A stretch of 64,000 nucleotides of DNA from Promethearchaeota archaeon. Lineage in GTDB: Archaea > Asgardarchaeota > Lokiarchaeia > Sigyniarchaeales > SOKP01. The notes under the pieces are model-generated. The model was given only the letters and a program-made list of their open reading frames with translations. It was not told the DNA's origin and searched no databases. The DNA is taken from the NCBI GenBank assembly GCA_048939995.1, contig JBHLOY010000001.1, positions 32,001-96,000 on the forward strand, in the 5' to 3' direction. A program made the position numbers and the translations under genes. This document shows positions 9,828 through 20,023 of this stretch, piece by piece; position 1 is the first letter of the stretch, and each line of letters starts with the position of its first letter.

Positions 9828-11293
9828 TCATTTACACCTTCCTTTAGTTTTTCAAGTTGAAGATCCTTGGTTTTACCAATTAAGAAGTACGTATCTTCTC
9901 CTCTTTTTGTAACTTCCTCACAAGTTATTCCTAATTCTTTTGATAAGATTTCGATTACACGTGGACGGCAGAAACCACCTCCGCATCTTCCCATACCTGG
10001 ACGACAGCGAAATTTTACGCCATCAACAGTTGTAGCACCCACTTTCATGTGAATTGCATCAATAATTTCTTTTTCTGGGATCATTTCACACCGACAAATA
10101 ATTCTTGCCCAACGGGGATTTTCTTTTATCTTCGCATCTAATTCTGCTTTTGAAAAATCTTTAAATCTTTCTGGCTTAGGGCGTATTGGATTATAATCCT
10201 CTTTATCTTTAAGCTCAACTCCCAATAACTCAAGAAATTCTATGACTCTCTCGGCGATTGCATAACAAGAAGTAAGTCCTGGAGACAGAATCCCAGCAAC
10301 ATTTATAAAGCCGTAAATGTCCGTATTATCCACAATGAAATCATAAGTATCTGGTACTGCCCTTAAACCTGCAAAATTTCTTATTGATGCCCTTAGTGGT
10401 AAATTAGGTACTAAACTTCGCCCTCCTTCTATGATTTCTTTTAAGCCAGCCTCAGTCGTAGAGATATCCTTTTTATCGGTAATATTTTGAGCATTAGGTC
10501 CCACAAATGTATTCCCATGAATCGTTGGGCATACTAAAATCCCTTTGGATACTTTAGTAGGTATAGGAAATAAAATTTTATTCAAATGCATTGCATTACG
10601 ATCGAATAAAATGTACTCACCTTTTCGTGGCATTATCTCGAAATAATCTAGACCAACCATCTTTGAAACTTTAGCAGCATATAAACCTGCAGCATTAATC
10701 AAATTCCGAGTTTGGAATTCATCAGATTTTGTTTTTATTTTAAAAATGTAATCTTGATGCTTAATCTTTATAACTTTTTGGTTTCGGAAGAATTTTACCC
10801 CATTCGTTGCAGCATTTTCAGCAAGAGCAAAAGTCATTTCATAAGGGCTTACAATACCAGCGGTCGGGGCATGTAAAACTCCAATTACATCTTCAGTAAG
10901 GTTAGGTTCCATATATTTAATTTTTTCTTTATCTAGTATTAGTTCTAAACCCGGAATGCCATCTTCTATTCCACGCTTACGCTCTTCTTCAAGCACTTTT
11001 ATTTGATTATCTTCTAAAGCTACTACAAATGATCCAATTCTCTGAAATGGAAATTTCAATTCTTCTGCTGCTTGAGTATAAAGCTTATTTCCTCTTATAC
11101 AGAAATTTCGCCTTATATGCTCTCTTGGTGCACCATAACCTGCATGAACAACTCCTGAATTTGCCTTTGTTGTACCACAAGCAAGATCTGCCTCTTTTTC
11201 TAGTAAACAAATCTTTAAGTCGTACTTAGATAAAGTACGTGCAATGCAACATCCAGTTACTCCACCACCAATTATAATAACATCATATATCAA
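9824..11293 (-). CDS. FAD-dependent glycerol-3-phosphate/L-2-hydroxyglutarate dehydrogenase-like protein with BFD-like [2Fe-2S] domain
   Basis: GGGVTG, TKANSGVVHAG, SPGLT; ICRCE...GMGRCGGGFC. Confidence 0.85.
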   Translation of the reverse strand: MIYDVIIIGGGVTGCCIARTLSKYDLKICLLEKEADLACGTTKANSGVVHAGYGAPREHIRRNFCIRGNKLYTQAAEELKFPFQRIGSFVVALEDNQIKVLEEERKRGIEDGIPGLELILDKEKIKYMEPNLTEDVIGVLHAPTAGIVSPYEMTFALAENAATNGVKFFRNQKVIKIKHQDYIFKIKTKSDEFQTRNLINAAGLYAAKVSKMVGLDYFEIMPRKGEYILFDRNAMHLNKILFPIPTKVSKGILVCPTIHGNTFVGPNAQNITDKKDISTTEAGLKEIIEGGRSLVPNLPLRASIRNFAGLRAVPDTYDFIVDNTDIYGFINVAGILSPGLTSCYAIAERVIEFLELLGVELKDKEDYNPIRPKPERFKDFSKAELDAKIKENPRWARIICRCEMIPEKEIIDAIHMKVGATTVDGVKFRCRPGMGRCGGGFCRPRVIEILSKELGITCEEVTKRGEDTYFLIGKTKDLQLEKLKEGVNE

Positions 11294-11400
11294 TTTATAT
11301 TCCCTAACTAATATGTTAAATCAAGAACGCGATTTATGTTATAAATTGTATGATTTCTTTAAAATTTATTTAGAAAGAAGAAATTCTAAATAATTAAGAT

Positions 11401-11754
11401 TTAAAATAAGATAGTAAATAACCAAAATAAGTTAAAAATCAATGCAATTACTATTAAGGTAATTGTGATTGGATTAAACACCACGCCTCTCAAGGATTTT
11501 GAAAATTTTAATTGAATATCACCTTTTAGTAAATTTTCAATTGGTTTAAATTTAGGATTGATTGCTTCTTTGAGATGATAAGATCCTAGAAAGCTTGGTG
11601 TGGAAAGCCTTTTAATTACATTGTTGAAACCATTAGCAGTAAATGGATTTAATCCAGTTTTAGACTTAATGTTGAATTCTTCTTCATAATTGTGAATAAT
11701 CTTTGCTTCACTTAAAGATTCGTCATCATTCTTATAGGTTTTAGGTTTTGTCAT
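11401..11754 (-). CDS. Hypothetical tail-anchored membrane protein
   Basis: Single hydrophobic helix at the extreme C-terminus. Confidence 0.6.
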   Translation of the reverse strand: MTKPKTYKNDDESLSEAKIIHNYEEEFNIKSKTGLNPFTANGFNNVIKRLSTPSFLGSYHLKEAINPKFKPIENLLKGDIQLKFSKSLRGVVFNPITITLIVIALIFNLFWLFTILF

Positions 11755-11855
11755 AAATAACTCTTATAAAGTTTTAATTCATGAAATAAAAATATAAACA
11801 TTCTTAAAATTTTTACGTTTATATAGAATAAAGTTCTTTAAAATTACTATTTTTC

Positions 11856-12275
11856 TTACGACCAAAAAGCTTCCTTTAATTTATCTACAGGTTTTTCTAA
11901 AGAATTCTCAATAAATTGCCCAAAATTAGCAAAAATAGATACATCACCATCCCATTTAAGTAAATCTTCAGAAGAGTAGATATCAAAAAATTTATCACTT
12001 ATTACTTTTAATTCATCCACCACTTTTTTTTCCTTAGTCTTGTTTAAAGCAGTACCTACAAAAAGAAAGTCCCTACGTCTTACAATTGTAAATCTTATGT
12101 TGCTCATTTCAAAATTAGAGATACCTCCATTAGAGAGTTTTTCTGCAAAAGTATTTAAAGCAGACATTAGCGCGCCAAATAATTGAGGATTAATTTTTTC
12201 ATGATCTGCAACTCTAGAAAACAGAGTAACTCCAGTAGATGTAAGAATCCATAAGTCTTTAACTATTTTTGCCAC
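11856..12275 (-). CDS. Longin-like domain protein
   Basis: LWILTSTGVTLFSR, QLFGALMSALNTFA, F..Y...WDGDVSIF pattern of Asgard longins. Confidence 0.75.
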   Translation of the reverse strand: MAKIVKDLWILTSTGVTLFSRVADHEKINPQLFGALMSALNTFAEKLSNGGISNFEMSNIRFTIVRRRDFLFVGTALNKTKEKKVVDELKVISDKFFDIYSSEDLLKWDGDVSIFANFGQFIENSLEKPVDKLKEAFWS

Positions 12276-12440
12276 AATTATCCCTATATCTTTGAATCAA
12301 TGTCAAAAATCTTGGTAAAAATATAAAAAATTTTTATGCTTATCTCTTTAAGAAGATATATCTATTTATTATAATATAAATTATTACCTCTTTAAAATTG
12401 CATTTTTTTTCAATTTAGTCAAAGTAAGGGATTTACACTT

Positions 12441-13325
12441 ATGGAATGGAGAACCAAATTAACTCAAATGACGGGCATAGAATTTCCCATAATAATGGGT
12501 GCTTTTGCTGGTGTAGGTAGAGCAAAGTTTGCAGCTGCTTTTTCGAATGCTGGTGGTTTAGGTATTATCACCGCATTAAATTTTGATACAGTTGACCAGT
12601 TTTTAAATGAATTAAATCTTATAAATACCTTAACAAACAAGCCATTTGGAATCAATTTTTCCATAATGCCCCCTCAGATGGCAAAAAAAGTTCCAAAGCC
12701 AAGATCAGAAGATTTTTACATAGCTTTTCTAGATATGGCTTTAGATCATGGAGTTAAAATTTTTACAACCTCAGCATATCAGGCTCCTCATATTGGAAAA
12801 AAAATACAAGATAATGGAGGATTATGGTTTCATAAATGCACGACTTTGAAACATGCTCTATCTGCTGAGAAGTTAGGAGCTGATGCAGTGACCTTAGTCG
12901 GATTGGAAGGGACAGGTTTTAAGAATCCTTTGCAGAATACTACTCTTGTAAATATTACAATGGCTAAGAAACTTTTAAAAATACCGGTTATTGCAGCCGG
13001 AGGGATCGGTAACGCACGTGGTTTTCTAGCAGCTCTTGCGATGGGAGCTGAAGCAGTGTGTTTCGGTACAGCTATTTTAGCAACCAAAGAATGTACTATA
13101 CCATCTAGTTATAAAATGAAACTTATTAACCAAGATATTTTTGATGAAAAATTTTACAAGCAGATTTATCATTTTCAATTAAAAGATAAAAGCATCTGGA
13201 GTCCAGCAGCCGGACATATTGAGAAGGTTGTTCCCGTGAAAACTTTTATTGAAAATATTATTTCTGAAGCTGAGACAATTTTAAAATCATGGGGTTATCG
13301 TGGAAATGAATTTAACACAATCTAG
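12441..13325 (+). CDS. Nitronate monooxygenase / FabK-like FMN oxidoreductase
   Basis: PIIMGAF, NAGGLG, KPFGIN, PVIAAGGIG, GAEAVCFGT. Confidence 0.88.
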   Translation: MEWRTKLTQMTGIEFPIIMGAFAGVGRAKFAAAFSNAGGLGIITALNFDTVDQFLNELNLINTLTNKPFGINFSIMPPQMAKKVPKPRSEDFYIAFLDMALDHGVKIFTTSAYQAPHIGKKIQDNGGLWFHKCTTLKHALSAEKLGADAVTLVGLEGTGFKNPLQNTTLVNITMAKKLLKIPVIAAGGIGNARGFLAALAMGAEAVCFGTAILATKECTIPSSYKMKLINQDIFDEKFYKQIYHFQLKDKSIWSPAAGHIEKVVPVKTFIENIISEAETILKSWGYRGNEFNTI

Positions 13326-13333
13326 TAGAGAAG

Positions 13334-14626
13334 GTGAATCAAATACAATTTGATTATGGTACAAAAGGATTAGAAATTCATTTACACCTAGATTGGAACA
13401 CAACTATAATTAGAGCAAAGAAACAGGAAATATTTAAAAATCCTTTAGAACTCATCAAAGACTGGATTAACAACCCTATTGGTACAATGCCTTTGCGAGA
13501 GATCCTCAAGCAGAAGAAAAAAATAAAACAAGTTTGTATTGTGGTTTCAGATGCTACACGACCAGTTCCTTCCCAGATTATTCTTAAGGCTATTATAGCT
13601 GAACTAAATGAATATGGAATTACAGACGATAAAATTTTAATATTAATTGCTACAGGACTTCATCGAACTTCTTATGAAAATGAAATAGATAGGATTTTGG
13701 GAGACAATCTAAAAAAAAGAGTAAGATATGTAGATCATAACGCAAAAGATAAGAAAATTCTTATTTTTTTGGGTCAAACTAAAGATGATACACCAATTTT
13801 TATCAATAAACGATATCTTGATAGTGACTTAAAAATTTTAACAGGCTATGTTGAACCACATTTCTTTTTTGGATTTTCTGGTGGCAAAAAATCGATAGTA
13901 CCTGGGATTGCGGGTATAGAAACAATTCAAGCGAATCATTCACCGAATAATATTGATTCTCAGTATGCTAGATTTGGGATTTATAAGGACAATCCAATGG
14001 CTAAAAATTCAACTGAAATTGCTCATTTAGCAGGTGTAGACTTTATGGTGAATGTTTGTATTAATGAGAATCATGAGATCACTCAAGTGGCCGCGGGAGA
14101 TTTGGAAGAAGTCCATAAAAGATTAGTAAATTATCAATTAAACTATATTTTTGAAGAATTGGATAATCCATTTGATATTGTAATTTGCGGTAATGGTGGT
14201 TATCCATTAGACCTCAACTTATATCAAGCCGTAAAAAGTATGGCAATAGGAGAAATAGCTGTTAAAGAAGGAGGTACTATTATTTCTGTAAATGAATGCA
14301 TAGATGGAATTGGAAAGGGACACGAGAAATTCAAAGAGTTACTTTTCTCTAATAAAGAACCAAGTGAACTTTATAATGAAATATTGAATAGTGACATAGA
14401 AATCCTTGATCAATGGGAAATTCAAATATTAGCGCGAATCATGATGAAAGCTGAAATCTATGTTGTATCTACCTTAAAAGAAACAGAATTAGGAAATATT
14501 GGCTTGAAATATGCAAAATCTGTTGAGAGTGCTATAAAATCCTCTTTGTTAAAACATGGGAAAAATGCTAAAATATTAATCTTACCTAATGGACCCCAAA
14601 TTATTCCCAAATTAAAAAATTCATGA
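13334..14626 (+). CDS. larA: Nickel-pincer-dependent lactate racemase (LarA) family protein
   Basis: SDATRPVP, ATGLHR, EPHFFFGFSGGKKS, GGYPLDLNLYQAVK. Confidence 0.9.
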   Translation: MNQIQFDYGTKGLEIHLHLDWNTTIIRAKKQEIFKNPLELIKDWINNPIGTMPLREILKQKKKIKQVCIVVSDATRPVPSQIILKAIIAELNEYGITDDKILILIATGLHRTSYENEIDRILGDNLKKRVRYVDHNAKDKKILIFLGQTKDDTPIFINKRYLDSDLKILTGYVEPHFFFGFSGGKKSIVPGIAGIETIQANHSPNNIDSQYARFGIYKDNPMAKNSTEIAHLAGVDFMVNVCINENHEITQVAAGDLEEVHKRLVNYQLNYIFEELDNPFDIVICGNGGYPLDLNLYQAVKSMAIGEIAVKEGGTIISVNECIDGIGKGHEKFKELLFSNKEPSELYNEILNSDIEILDQWEIQILARIMMKAEIYVVSTLKETELGNIGLKYAKSVESAIKSSLLKHGKNAKILILPNGPQIIPKLKNS

Positions 14627-14895
14627 TTTAACGACGAAAACAGCTTCTTTACTAGGGTTTTAAAATTATTAATTAGATTTTTTCCACCTTTTTTCGATCT
14701 ATCATGTAAAATGGGTTTGTTGCCCCACAGAATACTATGATGATGGATAAAATTTTTAAATATTAGAGTTACTTACTACATCATTGGATAGATTTAAATT
14801 ATATGATTTCAATGGGAGATATTATCATTTATATTTTAAAAGGATTAAATTTTATTATCCTTATTTTGATATTATCATTGAATTAATACAAAAAA

Positions 14896-15837
14896 GTGAA
14901 AAACATGAGTTACAAAGATAGACTCCGGAACTATTCGGGACGATCTACCAGTTCAGATGAGGCTAGTTGCAGTGATGGATGTTGCGACAATCCATGTATT
15001 GAATCAAGAGATGGAGATATTGTTTGTTTAAATTGCGGTATGATTCAAAGCCGAAATCTAGTTGGTAATGAAAGAAGGGCATATACTGTAGAAGAAGTTA
15101 ATAAAAGGAGAAGGACTGAACCACGATGGAGGGAATTTGGTCCTAGGACTATGCTTCCCAACACCAAGATCGATTCAAAAGGACGGTTGATTAATGCGAA
15201 AGGAAAGACACTATTTTCAAGGTTATCCAAGATCCAGAATTCATTGATTTCAAGTATTGAACGGAACTTTTGGGAAGCAAAACCAAAATTAAAAATGCTT
15301 ACTTCCAAAATGAATATCCCCGAATATATCAAAGAAACTGCATGGAAAATTTATTCGGTTGTGGCTAAAAAGAAGCTAACAATGGGTCGATCAATTGACG
15401 GTTTTATCGCTGCTTCACTATATGCAGCAATAAGAGTTCATGAATTTCCAAGATTATTAGAAGAAGTTTGTGATGCTTCCATGACTCCAAGAAGAACTGT
15501 CCATCGAAGTTTAGGGATGGTAGTAAAAGAAGTATTACCAGAGCTTAATTTGAGGTATAAGCCGATTACCGCTGAACAATTAGTGTTTCGATTTGGTAAC
15601 GACTTAGGTTTGCCTATGGAGGTACAGAAGAAAGCAATTAATATGCTTACTCAAGCTTCTAAAAACGGGTTATTGCGTACAGGAAAAGATCCAAAAGGTT
15701 TAGCTGCAAGTGTTATTTATATGGCTGCAAAACAAAGCAACTGCCGAAAAACTCAAGCTGAAGTTTCAGAGATAGCAAAGGTCACCGAAGTCACACTAAG
15801 GAGTAGATCAAAACAGATAAAAAGCAAACTTGGTTAA
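14896..15837 (+). CDS. tfb: Transcription initiation factor IIB (TFB paralogue)
   Basis: Zn ribbon ..VCLNCG; two cyclin repeats (GRSIDGFIAASLY; GKDPKGLAASVIY; TQAEVSEIAKVTEVTLR). Confidence 0.93.
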   Translation: MKNMSYKDRLRNYSGRSTSSDEASCSDGCCDNPCIESRDGDIVCLNCGMIQSRNLVGNERRAYTVEEVNKRRRTEPRWREFGPRTMLPNTKIDSKGRLINAKGKTLFSRLSKIQNSLISSIERNFWEAKPKLKMLTSKMNIPEYIKETAWKIYSVVAKKKLTMGRSIDGFIAASLYAAIRVHEFPRLLEEVCDASMTPRRTVHRSLGMVVKEVLPELNLRYKPITAEQLVFRFGNDLGLPMEVQKKAINMLTQASKNGLLRTGKDPKGLAASVIYMAAKQSNCRKTQAEVSEIAKVTEVTLRSRSKQIKSKLG

Positions 15838-16022
15838 TCCTAGTAAGATAAATCAAATTTGAGTTAATTGGAGAGTATTTTATTTTTCTTTTTTTTAATA
15901 TTTTTCCTTATTCTAAATACCATTTTTAGTAAATCCTATTAATTCAAAAAAGAAATGCATAAATATATGTCTAAAACACATTTATAAACGATAGAATATT
16001 ATCATAAATCGGTGAGAACTCG

Positions 16023-17240
16023 TTGGATGCTTTTATTCTATTAATGAGTATCATTAGCGTATTTATTGGTTACATAATTGGAACTATTAATCCAGGGTAC
16101 TTTTTTGGACGCCTTAAAAAGATTGATATTCGGGAAGTAGGTACTCGAAATGCTGGCACTTCAAATGTGTATAAGATATTAGGTATTGCTTACGCGGTTC
16201 CGACCGCTATTTATGATACTCTTAAGGGATTGTTATCTATGTTTATCGCATATCTTCTTGGAGCAGATTATGTATTCATACAAATTAGTGGACTTGTGGC
16301 TATATTAGGGCATATTTTTCCCTTCTATCTACGTTTTCGAGGAGGTCAGGGAATGGCAACTTCTACCGGGATTTTATTGTATTACCTTGTTAATTATTTT
16401 ACTTATAGTATAGAAATTCTCTTTATCTTGTTATTCTTGTTAATAATTGTTGCGATATTTGGGTATGTTACTAAAGTTGGAGAAATTATTGGTATTATGG
16501 TCATTCCAGTACTTGCTTACGCGCTTTTTATTTATTACCCAGAAGTCCCCTATACAATCTACCTCACGATAATACTAGCTTATATTGTCTTCATAGGTCT
16601 TTACAATACAATCACTAAAAAAAAGATGGTTATTGAAGATGAAACTTTTAAGCTTCATTGGTGGAGAACTGCAACTAGACCATTTGCAGTGTTATTTATT
16701 TTATTTTATGTTTTTCTTTCCAAAGGAATAGCAATTACAATAATAGGTATTGTTGGATTATGTTTTATTATTTTAGATATTACCAGATTTATACATAAAC
16801 AAACAAATTTGTTAATAACAACTAAAGTAAAAGCCTTCTTTAGGAAAGGTGAAGAAAAGAAGTTTTCTTCAATGACGTTATTTCTTGTCGCAGCTTTTAT
16901 TACCATGCTTCTTTTTGATGAATCGATAGCAATAACAGCATTAATTTTTTTGATTTTTGGTGATATTTTCTCTAAAATTTTTGGGCTAGCATTTGGAAGA
17001 CATACTATTTTTGAAAAAACACTTGAGGGAACTCTTGCTTATTATGGAGCGGTATTAATCACTGGATTCTTCCTATTTACAACATTACATATTCACCCTG
17101 CAATTTTAATAATTGGAGGTATTTCAGCACCTTTAGTAGAATTATTCTCATTTCAACTAAATGATAATTTTACGGTTTCCCTTATTTGCGGTACAATTAT
17201 GACAGTAGGAACTTTTTTTGGGGTACCAAAAACCCTCTAA
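16023..17240 (+). CDS. PlsY-like acyltransferase domain fused to CTP-dependent lipid kinase/cytidylyltransferase-family domain
   Basis: DIREVGTRNAGTSN, DTLKG, GHIFP..FRGGQG; C-terminal GDIFSKIFG..FGRH..KTLEG and DNFTV. GGTGA SD precedes the TTG start. Confidence 0.82.
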   Translation: MDAFILLMSIISVFIGYIIGTINPGYFFGRLKKIDIREVGTRNAGTSNVYKILGIAYAVPTAIYDTLKGLLSMFIAYLLGADYVFIQISGLVAILGHIFPFYLRFRGGQGMATSTGILLYYLVNYFTYSIEILFILLFLLIIVAIFGYVTKVGEIIGIMVIPVLAYALFIYYPEVPYTIYLTIILAYIVFIGLYNTITKKKMVIEDETFKLHWWRTATRPFAVLFILFYVFLSKGIAITIIGIVGLCFIILDITRFIHKQTNLLITTKVKAFFRKGEEKKFSSMTLFLVAAFITMLLFDESIAITALIFLIFGDIFSKIFGLAFGRHTIFEKTLEGTLAYYGAVLITGFFLFTTLHIHPAILIIGGISAPLVELFSFQLNDNFTVSLICGTIMTVGTFFGVPKTL

Positions 17241-17307
17241 GAGATAATTATAGGGTCTTTAATTAAAAGGATAACATTTTAAATTCTTACTTTGTCTTCT
17301 TTTTAAC

Positions 17308-18048
17308 ATGGCTTATATTGAGAAAAAATATAAAAGGAAGATTGCAGAGATCTTTGAGGGTCTAATTGAATTAGATAATGAAGTACTTAGCCAGTTCAAT
17401 AAAAAATCAATTACCTGTGTAGACGATATAGCGAAATTATGTGCTCAATGTAATAGAAAGATTAACAAGATTTTAAAACAATATTATCCCGAAATAAAGA
17501 ATCTTGAAGATAAGTTAAAGATTAAAGCTTCATTAAAGTTTTATTTTGAATTAATTAATAAATTGACTGATTTTGTTAAGAATGTAGAACAATTTCTGAA
17601 AATGGATGATAAATATTATGATAGTTTAATCAAATTTATGGAAGAAAAGGAAAATTTGATATCGGGAAAGTTTGCATATATTTCAGCACAAGAATTGACT
17701 GCTTTTTACGATAAGAAAACAAGAGATAATTTGGAAAAAATATTAGCTGAAAAACTTGAAAGAAAAGAAAGAGAATATTTTGTAATCGGTCCATTAGAGC
17801 AAGAAATAAGAAAAATAGGTAAAACATCGGGTGCAAAATTAATCTCCATTACTCGACCTGAAAGAAGTCATAAAATTATTTTAAACAATGTAGAATCAGT
17901 TATTAATTATTCAGAAGGCCTGCTAGACGAGCAAATAGAAAAAATAGGAAATGCTATCAAAAATTATTTAGAATCAAAAAAGTTCGATGTGCTTATTCAA
18001 AAGGGCTCAATTTTAACAAATGCCAGACTATTACCAGATAATAATTAA
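17308..18048 (+). CDS. Hypothetical helical protein
   Basis: 246-aa ORF, no recognised motif. Confidence 0.65.
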   Translation: MAYIEKKYKRKIAEIFEGLIELDNEVLSQFNKKSITCVDDIAKLCAQCNRKINKILKQYYPEIKNLEDKLKIKASLKFYFELINKLTDFVKNVEQFLKMDDKYYDSLIKFMEEKENLISGKFAYISAQELTAFYDKKTRDNLEKILAEKLERKEREYFVIGPLEQEIRKIGKTSGAKLISITRPERSHKIILNNVESVINYSEGLLDEQIEKIGNAIKNYLESKKFDVLIQKGSILTNARLLPDNN

Positions 18049-18101
18049 TCTCATTTTTACTCATAAAATATTTAAAATTTCATGAATTTTTTAAATAGAT
18101 T

Positions 18102-19577
18102 ATGGCAAAAAAGAAAAATGAAGCTCCTTTAACTGGGATAACTGTATCTAAAGATAAAGATTTTTCTGCTTGGTATACTGAGTTAATCAATAAAGCAGAA
18201 TTAGCAGATATTAGATACAATATTAAAGGTTTTGTTGTTTATAGAGAATGGGCAACAATCACTATCAGAAAAATGTATAAAAAAACAGAGGATTTGCTAG
18301 ATAAAAAGGGTCATCTTCCCTTGACTATGCCTTCCCTTATTCCCGAATCTAATTTCCTATTAGAAATGCAACATGTGGAAGGTTTTTCTCCCGAAGTATT
18401 TTGGGTTACTGAAGCAGGAAGTTCAGGTAAACTATCAGAACGTTTGGCACTACGACCTACAAGTGAGACTGCACTTTACAAAATGTACGCTTTATGGATA
18501 AGGAGTTATAAAGATTTACCGTTTAAGAGATATTTATCATGCCAAGTTTGGAGATATGAGGGCAAAATGACAAGACCATTCTTTAGAGGTAGAGAATTCC
18601 ATTGGATTGAATCGCATAATGTTTTTGCTACTATGGAAGATGCAATGAAACAGGTTAAAGAAGATATGGAAACAACCTATGAAATACTCCAGGATGAATG
18701 CTGTATCCCTATTATCTTTTTTCAGAGACCAGAATGGGATAAATTTCCAGGAGCAGTTCATACCTACGCCGCCGATGCATTAATGGGTTCTGGAAAAGTT
18801 TTACAACTGCCTTCGACACATTTATTGGGACAGAATTTTGCTAAACCCTTTGAAGTAAAATTTGTAGATAAGGATGGAGAAGAAAAATACGCTTATCAGA
18901 CTTGTTACGGACCCGCTCAAAGCAGGAATTATGGAGCAATGATTGCATATTTAGGTGATGATAAAGGCTTAATATTACCATTTGATTTGGCACCAGTTCA
19001 AATTATTATAATTCCCATTATTTATAAAGGAAAAGAGGAAATTGTCAAAAAGAAAGCTTATGAAATATATACTAAATTAAAAGATTATTATGGGGTTAAG
19101 ATCGACGACTCAGATGAATCTGTCGGAAATAAATATTATTTCTGGGAACTTAAGGGTGTCCCTCTCAGAATAGAAATTGGTCCAAAAGATATTGAAAAAA
19201 AGCAGATAGAAATTGTTAAACGTCATGACAATAAGAGATTTACTATAAAGGAAAGCGATTTACAATCTAAGATAAAGGAACTGACTGAAAGTTATACAAA
19301 AGAAATCAAGAAGAAGTCTTTGATTGATTTTGAGTCTCAAGTTGAGTGTGTTTACGAAAAAGACGCAGCAATTGAAGCAATTAATAATGGTAAAATTGTG
19401 TGTTGTGGATTTTGCTCAATTGATATGGATGGATATAAATGTGCTGAAGTAGTTGAAAAGGATATTCAAGGATTTGTTCGTGGTAAAAGGGTTGATGAAG
19501 AAAAACATGAATTTGCTACATGTTTAATATGTGGAAAGCCAGCTGGATGCACTGTTTATATAGCCAAAAGTTATTAA
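18102..19577 (+). CDS. proS: Proline--tRNA ligase (archaeal/eukaryotic type)
   Basis: LALRPTSET, RGREFHWIESH, HLLGQNFAKPF, GVPLRIEIGPKD, C-terminal Zn domain ending AKSY. Confidence 0.97.
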   Translation: MAKKKNEAPLTGITVSKDKDFSAWYTELINKAELADIRYNIKGFVVYREWATITIRKMYKKTEDLLDKKGHLPLTMPSLIPESNFLLEMQHVEGFSPEVFWVTEAGSSGKLSERLALRPTSETALYKMYALWIRSYKDLPFKRYLSCQVWRYEGKMTRPFFRGREFHWIESHNVFATMEDAMKQVKEDMETTYEILQDECCIPIIFFQRPEWDKFPGAVHTYAADALMGSGKVLQLPSTHLLGQNFAKPFEVKFVDKDGEEKYAYQTCYGPAQSRNYGAMIAYLGDDKGLILPFDLAPVQIIIIPIIYKGKEEIVKKKAYEIYTKLKDYYGVKIDDSDESVGNKYYFWELKGVPLRIEIGPKDIEKKQIEIVKRHDNKRFTIKESDLQSKIKELTESYTKEIKKKSLIDFESQVECVYEKDAAIEAINNGKIVCCGFCSIDMDGYKCAEVVEKDIQGFVRGKRVDEEKHEFATCLICGKPAGCTVYIAKSY

Positions 19578-19627
19578 GTAATTGGAATTTAAATAATCAT
19601 AAAGCATTATTTTTAAAATGATTAAAT

Positions 19628-19804
19628 ATGTCAGAAAAGGAAAGAGTTATCGAAATATTTAAAAATTCTGGAAAACCATTACGTCCAGGTGATATTGCAT
19701 CGGAATTAGGAATAGACTCTAAGGAAGTTTCTAAAATAATTAAGGAATTAAAAGATGAAGGAAAAGTACATTCCCCTAAGCGTTGTTATTATGCTTTAAA
19801 ATAA
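19628..19804 (+). CDS. 58-aa winged-helix protein (not in ORF track)
   Basis: Read from sequence: MSEKERVIEIFKNSGKPLRPGDIASELGIDSKEVSKIIKELKDEGKVHSPKRCYYALK. Confidence 0.85.
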   Translation: MSEKERVIEIFKNSGKPLRPGDIASELGIDSKEVSKIIKELKDEGKVHSPKRCYYALK

Positions 19805-20023
19805 ATAATCACTACTTTTCTTTATTTTTACAAAATCTTTTTCCGAAAGTTAATAAACTATTTAAATTAAAGTCAGTTTTTCTATATATTTAAATATAAA
19901 AAAGATTATTTATCCCATAACTGTTTATTTCTTTTAGAATGCTAAATAGATTAAATATACATAAACATTTTCTTAATTTATAAATTTAATTTTTGCTATA
20001 ATAAATGAATAGAGGTAAGGTTT

